NCBI GenBank assembly: GCA_963729895.1
Contig: CAVSQB010000012.1
Coordinates: 1 to 64,000 of the forward strand
Origin: an uncultured Fibrobacterota bacterium
Lineage (GTDB): Bacteria > Fibrobacterota > Chitinivibrionia > Chitinivibrionales > FEN-1185
DNA: 64,000 nt
Direction: 5' to 3'
Shown here: positions 37,955 to 47,216 of the stretch, piece by piece
Position numbering within the stretch: the stretch's first letter is position 1
Layout of the letters: the number at the start of each line of letters is the position of its first letter
Notes under the pieces: generated by a model
Database searches by the model: none
Told to the model about the DNA's origin: nothing
Seen by the model: the letters and a program-made list of their open reading frames with translations, nothing else
Program-made: the position numbers and the translations under genes

Positions 37955-40900
37955 TTTACAACCGCCATTTTCCAGTAATTGACGTACTTGGTTCCCCCAA
38001 CCACCGCTTCAATCCTGCACCGGTACACACCCGGGCCGAAGGTTGAAAGCGAAACCGGCGGAAGTTCGTTATAGTCGGGAAAGCTGCCGGAAATTCCTGT
38101 TTTGGAAAGCACATGCAGTCCCGCCATGGTAAACACGTCGAGCCGCACATTCCTTGCTGCAGCGGAAAATTTGTACTTGAACCACACGTACGCGCTGCCG
38201 TTTGTCGGATTTGGGTAGGTGAAGAACGTTATCGGAGCGTTTTCAACCAGCGTATTCTTGGGAGCGGACCCCAGATACGCAAAACAGCGAGTCCCGTTAT
38301 ATCCCGTCTGCTGCCAGATCATCGAGTCGCCGATCACCGAATTTCCCAGTTTCCAGCGGTATACCCACCCGTTGGCGGCTATTGCAACAAGGTCAATGGT
38401 GCCGTTTCCATCGATGTCGTCGAGCAGGGGCGATGCGCCCATCGGGCCGCCCACGGTGAGCGGCCATCGTGAATACAACTGGTTGGCGCCGATGGCGTAC
38501 TTGGGCCGCTTTCCTGTTTTGTCCAGAGCGTCCACAAAGCCGCCGGGGAGCACGATCGGAAGCACGAGGGAATCGCCGAATACCAGGGCCGAATCGATGA
38601 AACCCGCGGTAACGCCGGAAAGCGTGTCTTTGGTGCCGTCGCGCCGAAGGTACACGATGGTGCCCGCGGTCTTGTTTGTTGTCAGGATGGAATCGACTTC
38701 CCAGGTGTCGTTCTCACCCGAGGCCGAGCTGAATATCACGAGTGAATTACCGGAGCCTGTAGACTTTGTCACCACGGGCGAACAGGCGATGTTTCCCCGC
38801 CAGAACCGGTTGTCGAGGATGGCTGGCCATCCGGCAATCGAAACACCCTTGTAGTTGAGTGCGTAGACCCCGCTCGTGCCGCCCGCAATGATGTCGAGAT
38901 AGCCGTCGCCGTTGATATCCGCGAGCGATGGCGGCGCCAGGTTCACCGGGAGCAGATGACGGTTTTGGAACGTGTCGAGGGCCGACGCCCAGTCGTTGGG
39001 CGTGCGCGTCCACCCGGGAGCAGGCGTGAGATCGCTCGTGTATTCCCACAGGCCCTTGCGGCTGTCGCACACGACAATTTTGGGCAGATTGTCGTTATTC
39101 ATATCGCCGGTAACAAGGGAAAACGGCGCAATGCCGCTGTCCAGCTTTGTGACAAGCGAGGGAGCGGACGAGCCGATATGCAAAAGCGAGAGGGTGTCGT
39201 TCGCCTGAATGCACACCAGACTGTCCGGGAATTTCGCCAGGGCCGCAACCGCGTTGACCGGGGAACGCGTGCCCAGCCGAATCGAATCGCGGACCACCGA
39301 GTAACTGCCCGTGTCGCCGACAAGCACCACGCCGGTTGAACATCCCATTGCCCAGTAGGGTCCCGGAAGTTTGCACAGGTACGTGGACGGCGTCTGTAAA
39401 AACGGGGCGGAAGAGTCGATTGCTATTGCGGAATCGGAAACGCTGGAGACAAGGTAGAAGAACTTTCGCTGCGACGGAATTACGAGCTTGCCGTCGATCA
39501 CCGTCGGAAATGTGTATGCCCCGGCAAGGGAATCGTAGGTGACCGGATCGGAGGACACCGTATCGTAGGGAAACCCGGCACCCGGTGCCGCGGTCGGTCC
39601 GGCGCCGCGCAGGGTGAGGTAGGGGACGGCGCCGGTTTTCGATTGATGCAAAGAGCCGGTGCCCGAGGGCCACACATAGAGCCTGCCGCTTTGCGAAAGC
39701 ACGGCAACCTTCTTGGATGTTCCGGTGCCAAAGACCGCGGGATCGAATAATTTCTCGGGTATCGTGCGCCTTGGCCAGCCCGGGGCAAGGTAATCCCATC
39801 GGACCGCTAGTGTGAAAGCGCTGTCTGCAAAATCCCTCACCAGATGGCCGTGCGCTGCGGAAAATTCCGTCTCTTTCTTCGTCGTGTCGATCACGCCGAA
39901 CTTCATCGACAAATAGGTCTGGCCGCCGTCGTTGGCATGAGTTGACGGCCTTGTCCACGGACCCATGCTGTCAACAAGAAACGTCCTGCCCGTGGAATCG
40001 GTTGTGCGGTGCGGAAACACGTCCTCCTCGCCGCCGAAATCGAATACGGCCTGGTAGAAGACGTTTTCTCCCATGACGCCAATGTCCTGGACGCCGTCCG
40101 CTTCTTCGAGATACACGGCCCTGTAATTTGAATCCGCATTGAGCAAATCATAGTTGATGCGGTCGCGAATGATATTCTCATCAACGTGCCAGACGAGAAT
40201 TCCGGAAGCGGGGAGCCCCACGTCGTAATTGGCGGCGGAAAGAACCACATGAGATGGATCGTTGGAAACCGAATCGACCACAAGAGGCGAATTGATATTC
40301 ACCCAGGAATTGGGATCGATGATAATGGTGTCGGGCGGGCCTTTCGCAGTGTCCCAGATAAAAACGCCGGGGTTGGCCCCGAGGTTCCGCTGGCGGTTTT
40401 CAACAAGGTAGTATTCGTGGTCGTTGATGGGAACCTGCAAAATGGTCGTATCACCCGCATGAGCGGCGCTCAGCGCCTTGATCCTGGAGACACTGGCCTG
40501 GCCCGTTCGAACCGGAATAGGCGAGTCCCAGCCCATGAAGGCGCGCACCCATGCCGAGGGCCAGGGCGGGATGAAGCCGTTGGCAGCCGAGTACCCGTAC
40601 GGGTCCATTATGCAGAAACCGCCCACGCCCGTTTCGCCGCTCGACGTTGAAAAAAGGTCCGGAATTCCTATTTGTCTGGCAATCTGGTTCACCATGATGC
40701 CGTGGATGCCGAAATTGAGGGAGTCCTGGTTCGAGGTCTCGGAGGACATCATCACCTCGTCGATGAGAAGGCTGGAACCGCCCGCTCCGCTTACCAGCAC
40801 GCCTGTCGTATCGAGCTTGATCGTGTCCTTGAAAAAAGAGAAAAACTGCTGGGTTACAAAAGCATCAATCATGTCTGAAGGCGTGTTTGCCGCGGCGGAA

Positions 40901-41661
40901 CCCTGAGCGCCGCCGTCGGTAAGGAATGAGGCGCCGGCATGCAGGATCATGAACACCGTCTTGTGCCCCAATGAATCATAAATGACCCCGTTGGATTGGT
41001 GCAGCGATGCGAAAGGCCCGCTCAAGTGGTCCGCGCTTTGATCTGCACTCTTGATTGCATCCGCAACGAATTTCATCAGGCCAACGGTTTTGCGCTCGTA
41101 ATAATTGTCGTTTGTCTCATTGGCCGGTTTGTATCCCGGCGAGTAATAGCTCATGGTATGGGGCACAGAGTCTATGACGTTGTCGTTATCGGGAAATACG
41201 GTAAAGTCTATCTTGAATTTACCGCGGGAAACCGTTGTGAAGTATTTCTGTACATAGGCGAGCTGGCTGTTGAAATAGGACAGACCGTGGGGCAGATTGT
41301 CGTATTTGTAGTCCCCGGAGGAGTAGTAGGTCTGCTCCTGCTGGTCGTGTTCTATATTGAACCGACCGTCTCCCGTAGCAAGAGGGGTGGTGTCGTATGC
41401 GAACTGCATCCTGAACGCCATGATATGAATCACGTCGGTATCCACCGAGGCTTTCTTAAAAAGCAACGACCCGTTGTGGTCTGCCGATGTTTCCACCAGG
41501 CGTTTCTTGGAGGACGCGCCGAAGAACTTTCCCAGCTTCGGCAGCTTTTTCGGAGGAGGGACCGCACTGCCGGACTGTAGCGCAGCAAGTAAAACGATGG
41601 TGAGGATAAGCGCGATGGAGCGATGAATGCGGTTTGGGCTCACTGTGTGGAATCCCGTCAT
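37951..41661 (-). CDS. Secreted M6/InhA-like protein with FG-GAP repeats and T9SS-like C-terminal domain
   Basis: ILHAGA, GIPDLF, FCIMD.YG, SAWVRAFMGW, EYYLVENRQ, GILVWHVDE, DINGDGYLDI, C-terminal YPNP...PGVY...KMAVVK. Start 41661 or 41697. Confidence 0.82.
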   Translation of the reverse strand: MTGFHTVSPNRIHRSIALILTIVLLAALQSGSAVPPPKKLPKLGKFFGASSKKRLVETSADHNGSLLFKKASVDTDVIHIMAFRMQFAYDTTPLATGDGRFNIEHDQQEQTYYSSGDYKYDNLPHGLSYFNSQLAYVQKYFTTVSRGKFKIDFTVFPDNDNVIDSVPHTMSYYSPGYKPANETNDNYYERKTVGLMKFVADAIKSADQSADHLSGPFASLHQSNGVIYDSLGHKTVFMILHAGASFLTDGGAQGSAAANTPSDMIDAFVTQQFFSFFKDTIKLDTTGVLVSGAGGSSLLIDEVMMSSETSNQDSLNFGIHGIMVNQIARQIGIPDLFSTSSGETGVGGFCIMDPYGYSAANGFIPPWPSAWVRAFMGWDSPIPVRTGQASVSRIKALSAAHAGDTTILQVPINDHEYYLVENRQRNLGANPGVFIWDTAKGPPDTIIIDPNSWVNINSPLVVDSVSNDPSHVVLSAANYDVGLPASGILVWHVDENIIRDRINYDLLNADSNYRAVYLEEADGVQDIGVMGENVFYQAVFDFGGEEDVFPHRTTDSTGRTFLVDSMGPWTRPSTHANDGGQTYLSMKFGVIDTTKKETEFSAAHGHLVRDFADSAFTLAVRWDYLAPGWPRRTIPEKLFDPAVFGTGTSKKVAVLSQSGRLYVWPSGTGSLHQSKTGAVPYLTLRGAGPTAAPGAGFPYDTVSSDPVTYDSLAGAYTFPTVIDGKLVIPSQRKFFYLVSSVSDSAIAIDSSAPFLQTPSTYLCKLPGPYWAMGCSTGVVLVGDTGSYSVVRDSIRLGTRSPVNAVAALAKFPDSLVCIQANDTLSLLHIGSSAPSLVTKLDSGIAPFSLVTGDMNNDNLPKIVVCDSRKGLWEYTSDLTPAPGWTRTPNDWASALDTFQNRHLLPVNLAPPSLADINGDGYLDIIAGGTSGVYALNYKGVSIAGWPAILDNRFWRGNIACSPVVTKSTGSGNSLVIFSSASGENDTWEVDSILTTNKTAGTIVYLRRDGTKDTLSGVTAGFIDSALVFGDSLVLPIVLPGGFVDALDKTGKRPKYAIGANQLYSRWPLTVGGPMGASPLLDDIDGNGTIDLVAIAANGWVYRWKLGNSVIGDSMIWQQTGYNGTRCFAYLGSAPKNTLVENAPITFFTYPNPTNGSAYVWFKYKFSAAARNVRLDVFTMAGLHVLSKTGISGSFPDYNELPPVSLSTFGPGVYRCRIEAVVGGTKYVNYWKMAVVK

Positions 41662-41778
41662 GAACTTTTTACGTCGTTTGATGATGGTGGCCGACAAGGG
41701 CCATCGGCGGTCTCATTCTGACTTTCCAGGAAGAATCTCGCCGTACCGGCGCTGCCGCGCGCCGGGGAAAAATCGTCC

Positions 41779-44166
41779 TCAAAAATTGAACATGAACGAC
41801 GCTCTCCATTGCCCGTCGCGCGAACCGTTGCTGCCGTTTGCCACGATGCCCTGCATGAAGCCTTCGGGCGAATGGATGAACGACCAGTCAAAATTCATGT
41901 TAGCGTATTTTATGCCCAGGCCGAGGGTAAGTTCAAAGCGTTGTCCTGCGTAGTCGAACAAGTGCCCTATGCGTAATGCCAGCATGTTCGCGTACCAAAG
42001 CTCAATGCCTCCATGGAGGACCGTCTCCTCGAGATTCGATTCCAGCGTCGGGTAATCGGACTTATCGTCGAGCAGGCCGGTCCAAATCGCCGTGTAGAAA
42101 GGGTCGGGCTGCTTGTCCGGATAGTTCTTTACAATCTCCCTTTCGGCGTCGAACACCAGCCGCAGATCGATGAAGGAAGTCTGGATCGGTTGATAGGAAA
42201 GCCCGAGTCGCACGGTGAATGGAATCGGGTCGGCTTGATCCTGGGAAATGTAGTAAATCGACGGTCCCATGTTCTGGAGCATAAAGCCGACGTCGAAATT
42301 TTTGATGAACAGGTTCCTCTTAAGCAAGGACGCGTCGATGGCAAAAGTACGGCCGGTGCCTTCGTCGCTGTTCCCTTCATAGCCCGGAGCAAGCGCGCTG
42401 TTTGCGAACTTGATGTTCACGCCTATCGAGAAATCGTGCGCGACCAGCAGGCCGTAGGAAAGGCCGAATACCCCTTCCCACGACCGGTACTCCGCAATCT
42501 CCACGCCCTGGTCGTTGGTGGAAGTGTTGGTGCCGAAATTGATAAAGTTGACCGTCAAGCCCAGCGTTCCCCAGTCTTCGGTGGGCAGAACATACGCCAG
42601 GTATACATGCCACAAATCGGGGATCTTGAACGCGGGGAGCAGCGGCTCGTAGAACATGAACACCTGCTGGTCGGCGTAGGCGTACTTGTTTACGGCCTCG
42701 CTTGTGGCGAGCCAGATGTCTTTCCCCTGTACCGAAATTCCCTTCACGTCATCACCTTTAAGCGCGTTCTTGGAGTGGAAGACCTTCCATTCGGGAGGAG
42801 GTTCATGCATCTTGCCCTGGGAGTCCGTTCTTGTCGGGCCCTGACGAAAGGAGATCGCGCCCCTGTTAGTACCTATCCAGATAGTGCCGTTCGGATGCTC
42901 GATAATCGAAGTGACGGTGCTGCCGGGGAACTTGTACCGTTTCCACACCGATTCATTGTAGATGGAAATTCCGCCCACGCTGCCCACCCACACTCTGCCC
43001 TTCGAATCGACATACAAGGCCATCACGCCCTGGCTCAGAAGGCCATTTGAAGTGTCGAACACCGTCCACGACGAATCTTTGCGGACGGCCAGTCCTTTCG
43101 CCGTTCCTGCGTACAAAACATCGCCTTTGCCGTAGGCAATAGCGGTTACCGCAGAATCCGGAAGCCCGTTTGAGGTTCCGACGAGCGTCCATTTTCCGTC
43201 TTCGTAAATCCCGATACCTGCGTCGGTTGCCACCGCCACTGCTCCGGAACGGCCTACGCAAAGAGCGTTCACGTTGTTCGAAGGCATGCCGTCGGCCTCG
43301 GAGTAGTAGTTCCATACCGATCCGTCGTAGCGCCACAAACCGTGGGCGGTTCCGATCCATACCCGGTCAAGCGAATCGAGCACCATGGATGTAACGCCTT
43401 CGTCGACTGCAATCTTGAACGGGATCTTGAGCTCCACCAGATCTTCGAACTGGGTGTCTTTCTTTGAAAGAATCTGCAGGATATCATCCGCCATTTTGCT
43501 TGCCTTGAGAGAATCAACCTTGACGGCGATCTTGGCGTAAATCTGCGTTGCCGTTCTCTCGAACTTGGCAAGGGACATGATATCCTCTGCAAGGTCGGTA
43601 AGCGAGTAATTCTTCGCCTTCTGAATGGAATCGCTGACTTCCTTGCGGAGATACTGTTCGAGGGCTGCGGTCCTGTTCATTTCGATGTTGTTTGCTTTCT
43701 TAAGGGTAACGATCGCGCGGCGGATAAGGGCGTCGTTGTCTACGGACAGATACTTCCTGGCTATGGACTGAAGATTATCGCCCTGCACAATGAGATGCCG
43801 CTCAGATGATTCCCATGCCTTCCCGTTGAACCGGAGCACCCCGTGGTTGGTCCCGGCCCATATCTTTTCGTTCATGCCGAATGTCTTCTTGCGTTTTGCG
43901 GCAATTGCGGTAAGCACGTCGCCCGTGCTCATCGAATAGGCTCTCCAGGTATTGGACATCGGATCTTGGCCCAGGCCGGCGGGGTTGAAAAAAGTCGCGT
44001 TTGCGTCGTCGGCAACGCCGGTGAACGCTTCGCCGAGGCCTGTGGCGCGCGCGCCCGGCGGGAACACGAGGGTGATGACTGCCGATTGCCCGACCGCCCA
44101 TGTCGTGGCAACAAGAGCGAGAAGGGCGATGAGGCCGGCGCAGCATTTCACAACAGAGAATCGCAT
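41779..44166 (-). CDS. PorV/PorQ-family barrel with inserted LysM-like and two-component-regulator-type propeller repeats
   Basis: FPPGARATGLGEAFTGVADDANATFFNPAGL N-terminus, repeated xWIGTxxGL/GLPxxxV blades, LQNMGP...PIPFTVRLG...LALRIG barrel, terminal F. Confidence 0.85.
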   Translation of the reverse strand: MRFSVVKCCAGLIALLALVATTWAVGQSAVITLVFPPGARATGLGEAFTGVADDANATFFNPAGLGQDPMSNTWRAYSMSTGDVLTAIAAKRKKTFGMNEKIWAGTNHGVLRFNGKAWESSERHLIVQGDNLQSIARKYLSVDNDALIRRAIVTLKKANNIEMNRTAALEQYLRKEVSDSIQKAKNYSLTDLAEDIMSLAKFERTATQIYAKIAVKVDSLKASKMADDILQILSKKDTQFEDLVELKIPFKIAVDEGVTSMVLDSLDRVWIGTAHGLWRYDGSVWNYYSEADGMPSNNVNALCVGRSGAVAVATDAGIGIYEDGKWTLVGTSNGLPDSAVTAIAYGKGDVLYAGTAKGLAVRKDSSWTVFDTSNGLLSQGVMALYVDSKGRVWVGSVGGISIYNESVWKRYKFPGSTVTSIIEHPNGTIWIGTNRGAISFRQGPTRTDSQGKMHEPPPEWKVFHSKNALKGDDVKGISVQGKDIWLATSEAVNKYAYADQQVFMFYEPLLPAFKIPDLWHVYLAYVLPTEDWGTLGLTVNFINFGTNTSTNDQGVEIAEYRSWEGVFGLSYGLLVAHDFSIGVNIKFANSALAPGYEGNSDEGTGRTFAIDASLLKRNLFIKNFDVGFMLQNMGPSIYYISQDQADPIPFTVRLGLSYQPIQTSFIDLRLVFDAEREIVKNYPDKQPDPFYTAIWTGLLDDKSDYPTLESNLEETVLHGGIELWYANMLALRIGHLFDYAGQRFELTLGLGIKYANMNFDWSFIHSPEGFMQGIVANGSNGSRDGQWRASFMFNF

Positions 44167-44316
44167 GGCACAATACCTCTCGTTCATTCCTTGTCGATTT
44201 TTCGGCATCCGCTGCCGGGAAAAGCCGGAATGCACAACGGTCTCATTGTGTGGTTTTGGTTTACGAATGCACGAGGTGCGAAGGCCGCACAAAAACATAT
44301 GTGGAGGCAGTATGCC

Positions 44317-44946
44317 CTATCCGTTCCTATATCCACCCTCGCGGGGACTCGTCGAAAATGGGGTCTCAATTCTGGTGATCTCTTTCCACTCCGGTAGAGG
44401 AACAATTTCTCCGCTCCGAAACAAGGGTAACATTCCTATTTCGGTTGTTTCCCGCAGCTTGTCTTTTCCCTGGTACTTGCACAATTGACACCCGCAACCT
44501 AGATGAAACGGGGGGATAACTTGAGGATACTGGAATATCTGTTCCCTCGTGACAAACCGTCCCTTGTGGATGATTTTAGAACACACCGGATCATCCCATT
44601 TGAAATCGAAGTAGTAAAACTCGGTTCCCTCCTTGTCACCCTTTTCGATCTCCCCAATGTTCGCCTCCATCTGCCCGTTCCAGGCGTCGATAAGCTTCTC
44701 CTTATCAGGAACGCTCATACCCATATTTACGTTTTTATCAAAAAGATATTTGCGAATTTCTTCCTGGGAGGGTTTGTAGTCGCCTATGTTTTCCCGAGGG
44801 GTGCGTCGGATTATCGAATAGATGCCGCTGCCGTGAATGATGGGCGGAGGAGCATCCGTCTCCGCTTTGCCGCTCTTAAGGCCTATCCTGACCGCCACGA
44901 GCATGGCGAGGAGGAGAAGCATTATTCCGACAAGGGCAAGGACCAT
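44317..44946 (-). CDS. Membrane-anchored hypothetical protein with C...PPFHxxCxC motif
   Basis: N-terminal TM helix; DDPVC...IPPFHLGCGC. Confidence 0.72.
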   Translation of the reverse strand: MVLALVGIMLLLLAMLVAVRIGLKSGKAETDAPPPIIHGSGIYSIIRRTPRENIGDYKPSQEEIRKYLFDKNVNMGMSVPDKEKLIDAWNGQMEANIGEIEKGDKEGTEFYYFDFKWDDPVCSKIIHKGRFVTREQIFQYPQVIPPFHLGCGCQLCKYQGKDKLRETTEIGMLPLFRSGEIVPLPEWKEITRIETPFSTSPREGGYRNG

Positions 44947-45024
44947 TGATATACCGCCGGTTTAGTCTGGACGCACCAGTAAAACTAATTCCTTCGTCGT
45001 GCCCAAACAACATCCTCAGGCGTT

Positions 45025-46230
45025 TTACATCCTTTTTGCGACGGTCTTTCCGAATTCTGAACACGAGACTTCGGTGGCGTCGTCCATGAGCCTGGCCAAA
45101 TCGTAGGTTACCGAGCGATTGCCCAGGGCGCTCTCCAGGCCCTTGATCACGAGATCCGCCGACTCGGTCCACCCAAAATAGCGAAGCATCATCTCGCCGG
45201 AAAGGATAAGGGACGTCGGGTTGACCTTGTCGAGGTTCGCATATTTCGGCGCCGTGCCGTGTGTGGCTTCAAAGATGGCGTGGCCCGTGTCATAGTTGAT
45301 ATTTGCGCCGGGAGCGATGCCTATACCGCCCACTTGCGCGGCAAGAGCGTCCGAAATGTAATCACCGTTCAGGTTCATCGTTGCAACCACGTCGAATTCA
45401 TCGGCCCGGGTAATCGACTGCTGAAAAAAGATATCGGCAATGACATCTTTCACGAGAAGTTTTCCTGCCGGGACAGCGCCCTTGCACTCTTCCCACACAA
45501 CGATTGCGCCGCTGAATTCCTTTTTGGCAACCTCATATCCCCACCGGCAGAATGCTCCCTCCGTGTATTTCTGGATATTCCCCTTGTGAACAAGGGTTAC
45601 GCTTTTGCGGCCGTTTTCAAGCGCATAACGGATTGCGGCGCGCACGAGCCTTTTTGATCCGAATTCCGAAATGGGCTTGATGCCGATGCCGGAGTCTTCC
45701 CGGATGTTCCAGCCGTATTCGGATTTTAAGAAGGACAGCAGTTTCCTGGTGCCCTCGGCGCCCGATTCAAGCTCTTTGCCGCTGTACACATCCTCGGTAT
45801 TTTCCCTGAACACCACCATATTCACTTTGTCGGGGTTTTTCACAGGGGAGGGAACGCCTGGAAGATGCCGCACAGGCCGCTGGCACACGTACAGGTCGAG
45901 TACCTGGCGGAGTGCCACATTGAGCGATCGGATGCCGCCGCCGACCGGCGTGGTAAGCGGGCCTTTGAGGCCGACACGATATTCCCTAAAGGCGTCAATC
46001 GTTTCCTGCGGCAGCCAGTTCTTTGTCTTTGTAAAGGCCTTTTCGCCTGCGAGCACTTCCTTCCATCCGATCGAACGCGCGCCGCCGTAGGCTTTTTGCA
46101 CGGCCTGGTCCAAAACATGTTGTGACGCGCGCCAGATGTCGGGTCCGATGCCGTCGCCTTCTATGAACGGAATTATCGGGCAATCGGGAACCACAAGGTT
46201 GCCGTCTTTTTGAACAATCTTTTCATTCAT
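45025..46230 (-). CDS. icd: NADP-dependent isocitrate dehydrogenase
   Basis: [52 protein letters not shown]. Confidence 0.97.
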   Translation of the reverse strand: MNEKIVQKDGNLVVPDCPIIPFIEGDGIGPDIWRASQHVLDQAVQKAYGGARSIGWKEVLAGEKAFTKTKNWLPQETIDAFREYRVGLKGPLTTPVGGGIRSLNVALRQVLDLYVCQRPVRHLPGVPSPVKNPDKVNMVVFRENTEDVYSGKELESGAEGTRKLLSFLKSEYGWNIREDSGIGIKPISEFGSKRLVRAAIRYALENGRKSVTLVHKGNIQKYTEGAFCRWGYEVAKKEFSGAIVVWEECKGAVPAGKLLVKDVIADIFFQQSITRADEFDVVATMNLNGDYISDALAAQVGGIGIAPGANINYDTGHAIFEATHGTAPKYANLDKVNPTSLILSGEMMLRYFGWTESADLVIKGLESALGNRSVTYDLARLMDDATEVSCSEFGKTVAKRM

Positions 46231-46401
46231 TTTGTGATATCCTGAATTCGTTTATGGATGACGGACCGATTCCAAGGATTGTGATCGAGCGAAGACAAGT
46301 GCCTTAAACCGAACGAGCCGACACGGGCGGAATCCTTCAAAACTCCCTTGGACGGAGGTGCATAAAATACTGCATAACGTGCCTGGCTACAAGCGAAAGT
46401 G

Positions 46402-46431
46402 TTGACAACAAAAGCAGATAGAAATTATCTT
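46402..46431 (+). promoter_or_regulatory. Sigma70-like promoter of tRNA-Gly
   Basis: TTGACA-18 bp-TATCTT. Confidence 0.5.
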
Positions 46432-46482
46432 AGGGCTGGTCCAGGCCCCGTTGCCGGATGGAGCGCGGGCTGAGACATTCAA

Positions 46483-46554
46483 GCGGGAGTAACTCAACGG
46501 TAGAGTGTCACCTTCCCAAGGTGAAGGTTGCGAGTTCGATGCTCGTCTCCCGCT
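46483..46554 (+). tRNA. tRNA-Gly(CCC)
   Basis: Acceptor stem GCGGGAG/CTCCCGC, anticodon arm TCACC-TTCCCAA-GGTGA, T-loop TTCGATG, U discriminator, CCA not encoded. Confidence 0.95.
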
Positions 46555-46570
46555 TTTTGTTTCTTTCTTT

Positions 46571-47131
46571 TTACAGCCTCGGTTTGCATATAATCTCGTG
46601 GATTTTCAGCTCGAAGAAACTCTGTGCATTCGCAGGTGTCAATATCACCGCGGTGTCGCACCCGGTTCCGGTTCCGGCAATGCACAGGGCTTCCCGTTTG
46701 GTCGATGCCATTCCCGCGTCTGCCGCCATGAGTGAAATCTCAACGCACACCTTGAATCCCTGACCCATGGTGCGGAGCGTGTACGCAAGAATCTCGTCAA
46801 GTTGATAGGTGTGAAGCATGCGGCGGACCGCCCTGTTTATGCCGCCGAGTGCGTGCTGGCAGGTGAGTACGCGGCATCCGCTTTTTTCAAGATCCGCCTT
46901 ATGCCCCGGCAGCAGTTCCTGCACGTCTTTCCTTTCAAACCCTGTAGAATGGGTAACGCACACGATCGTCCCTCTTGGAAAAAGCGACAAGGCCTTCTGG
47001 GCTGTTGCACCGGAAGAGGAAGCGAGAATAACGGTGGTGAGGTTGAGTTCCTTTGTGCGCGCCGCTGCAAGGGCAAGCGTTTCGTTCGTGTTGGCCGGAC
47101 CTGGCTTGTCGAAATAGGTAATGGTTGACAT
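46571..47131 (-). CDS. Pyruvate-kinase alpha/beta-domain-like conserved protein (MTH1675/DUF1867-like)
   Basis: YFDKPGPANT, ASSSGATA, VTH..GF, GQGFKVCVEISLMAADAG, EIICKP. Confidence 0.82.
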   Translation of the reverse strand: MSTITYFDKPGPANTNETLALAAARTKELNLTTVILASSSGATAQKALSLFPRGTIVCVTHSTGFERKDVQELLPGHKADLEKSGCRVLTCQHALGGINRAVRRMLHTYQLDEILAYTLRTMGQGFKVCVEISLMAADAGMASTKREALCIAGTGTGCDTAVILTPANAQSFFELKIHEIICKPRL

Positions 47132-47216
47132 CGGGCCTGCTTTCTAAAGACAAAGGACCCCCGTCTCGAGCATGAGACGGAAGCCCTTCACAAGTTGGTT
47201 GCTGCGTGCAAACGGG

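Noticed and set aside
46240..46360. Possible structured leader upstream of icd
   Set aside because: Only short complementary stretches; no recognisable riboswitch motif.
46483..46600. tRNA-Gly as an integration site of an island
   Set aside because: No integrase and no duplicated tRNA 3' end seen in the window.
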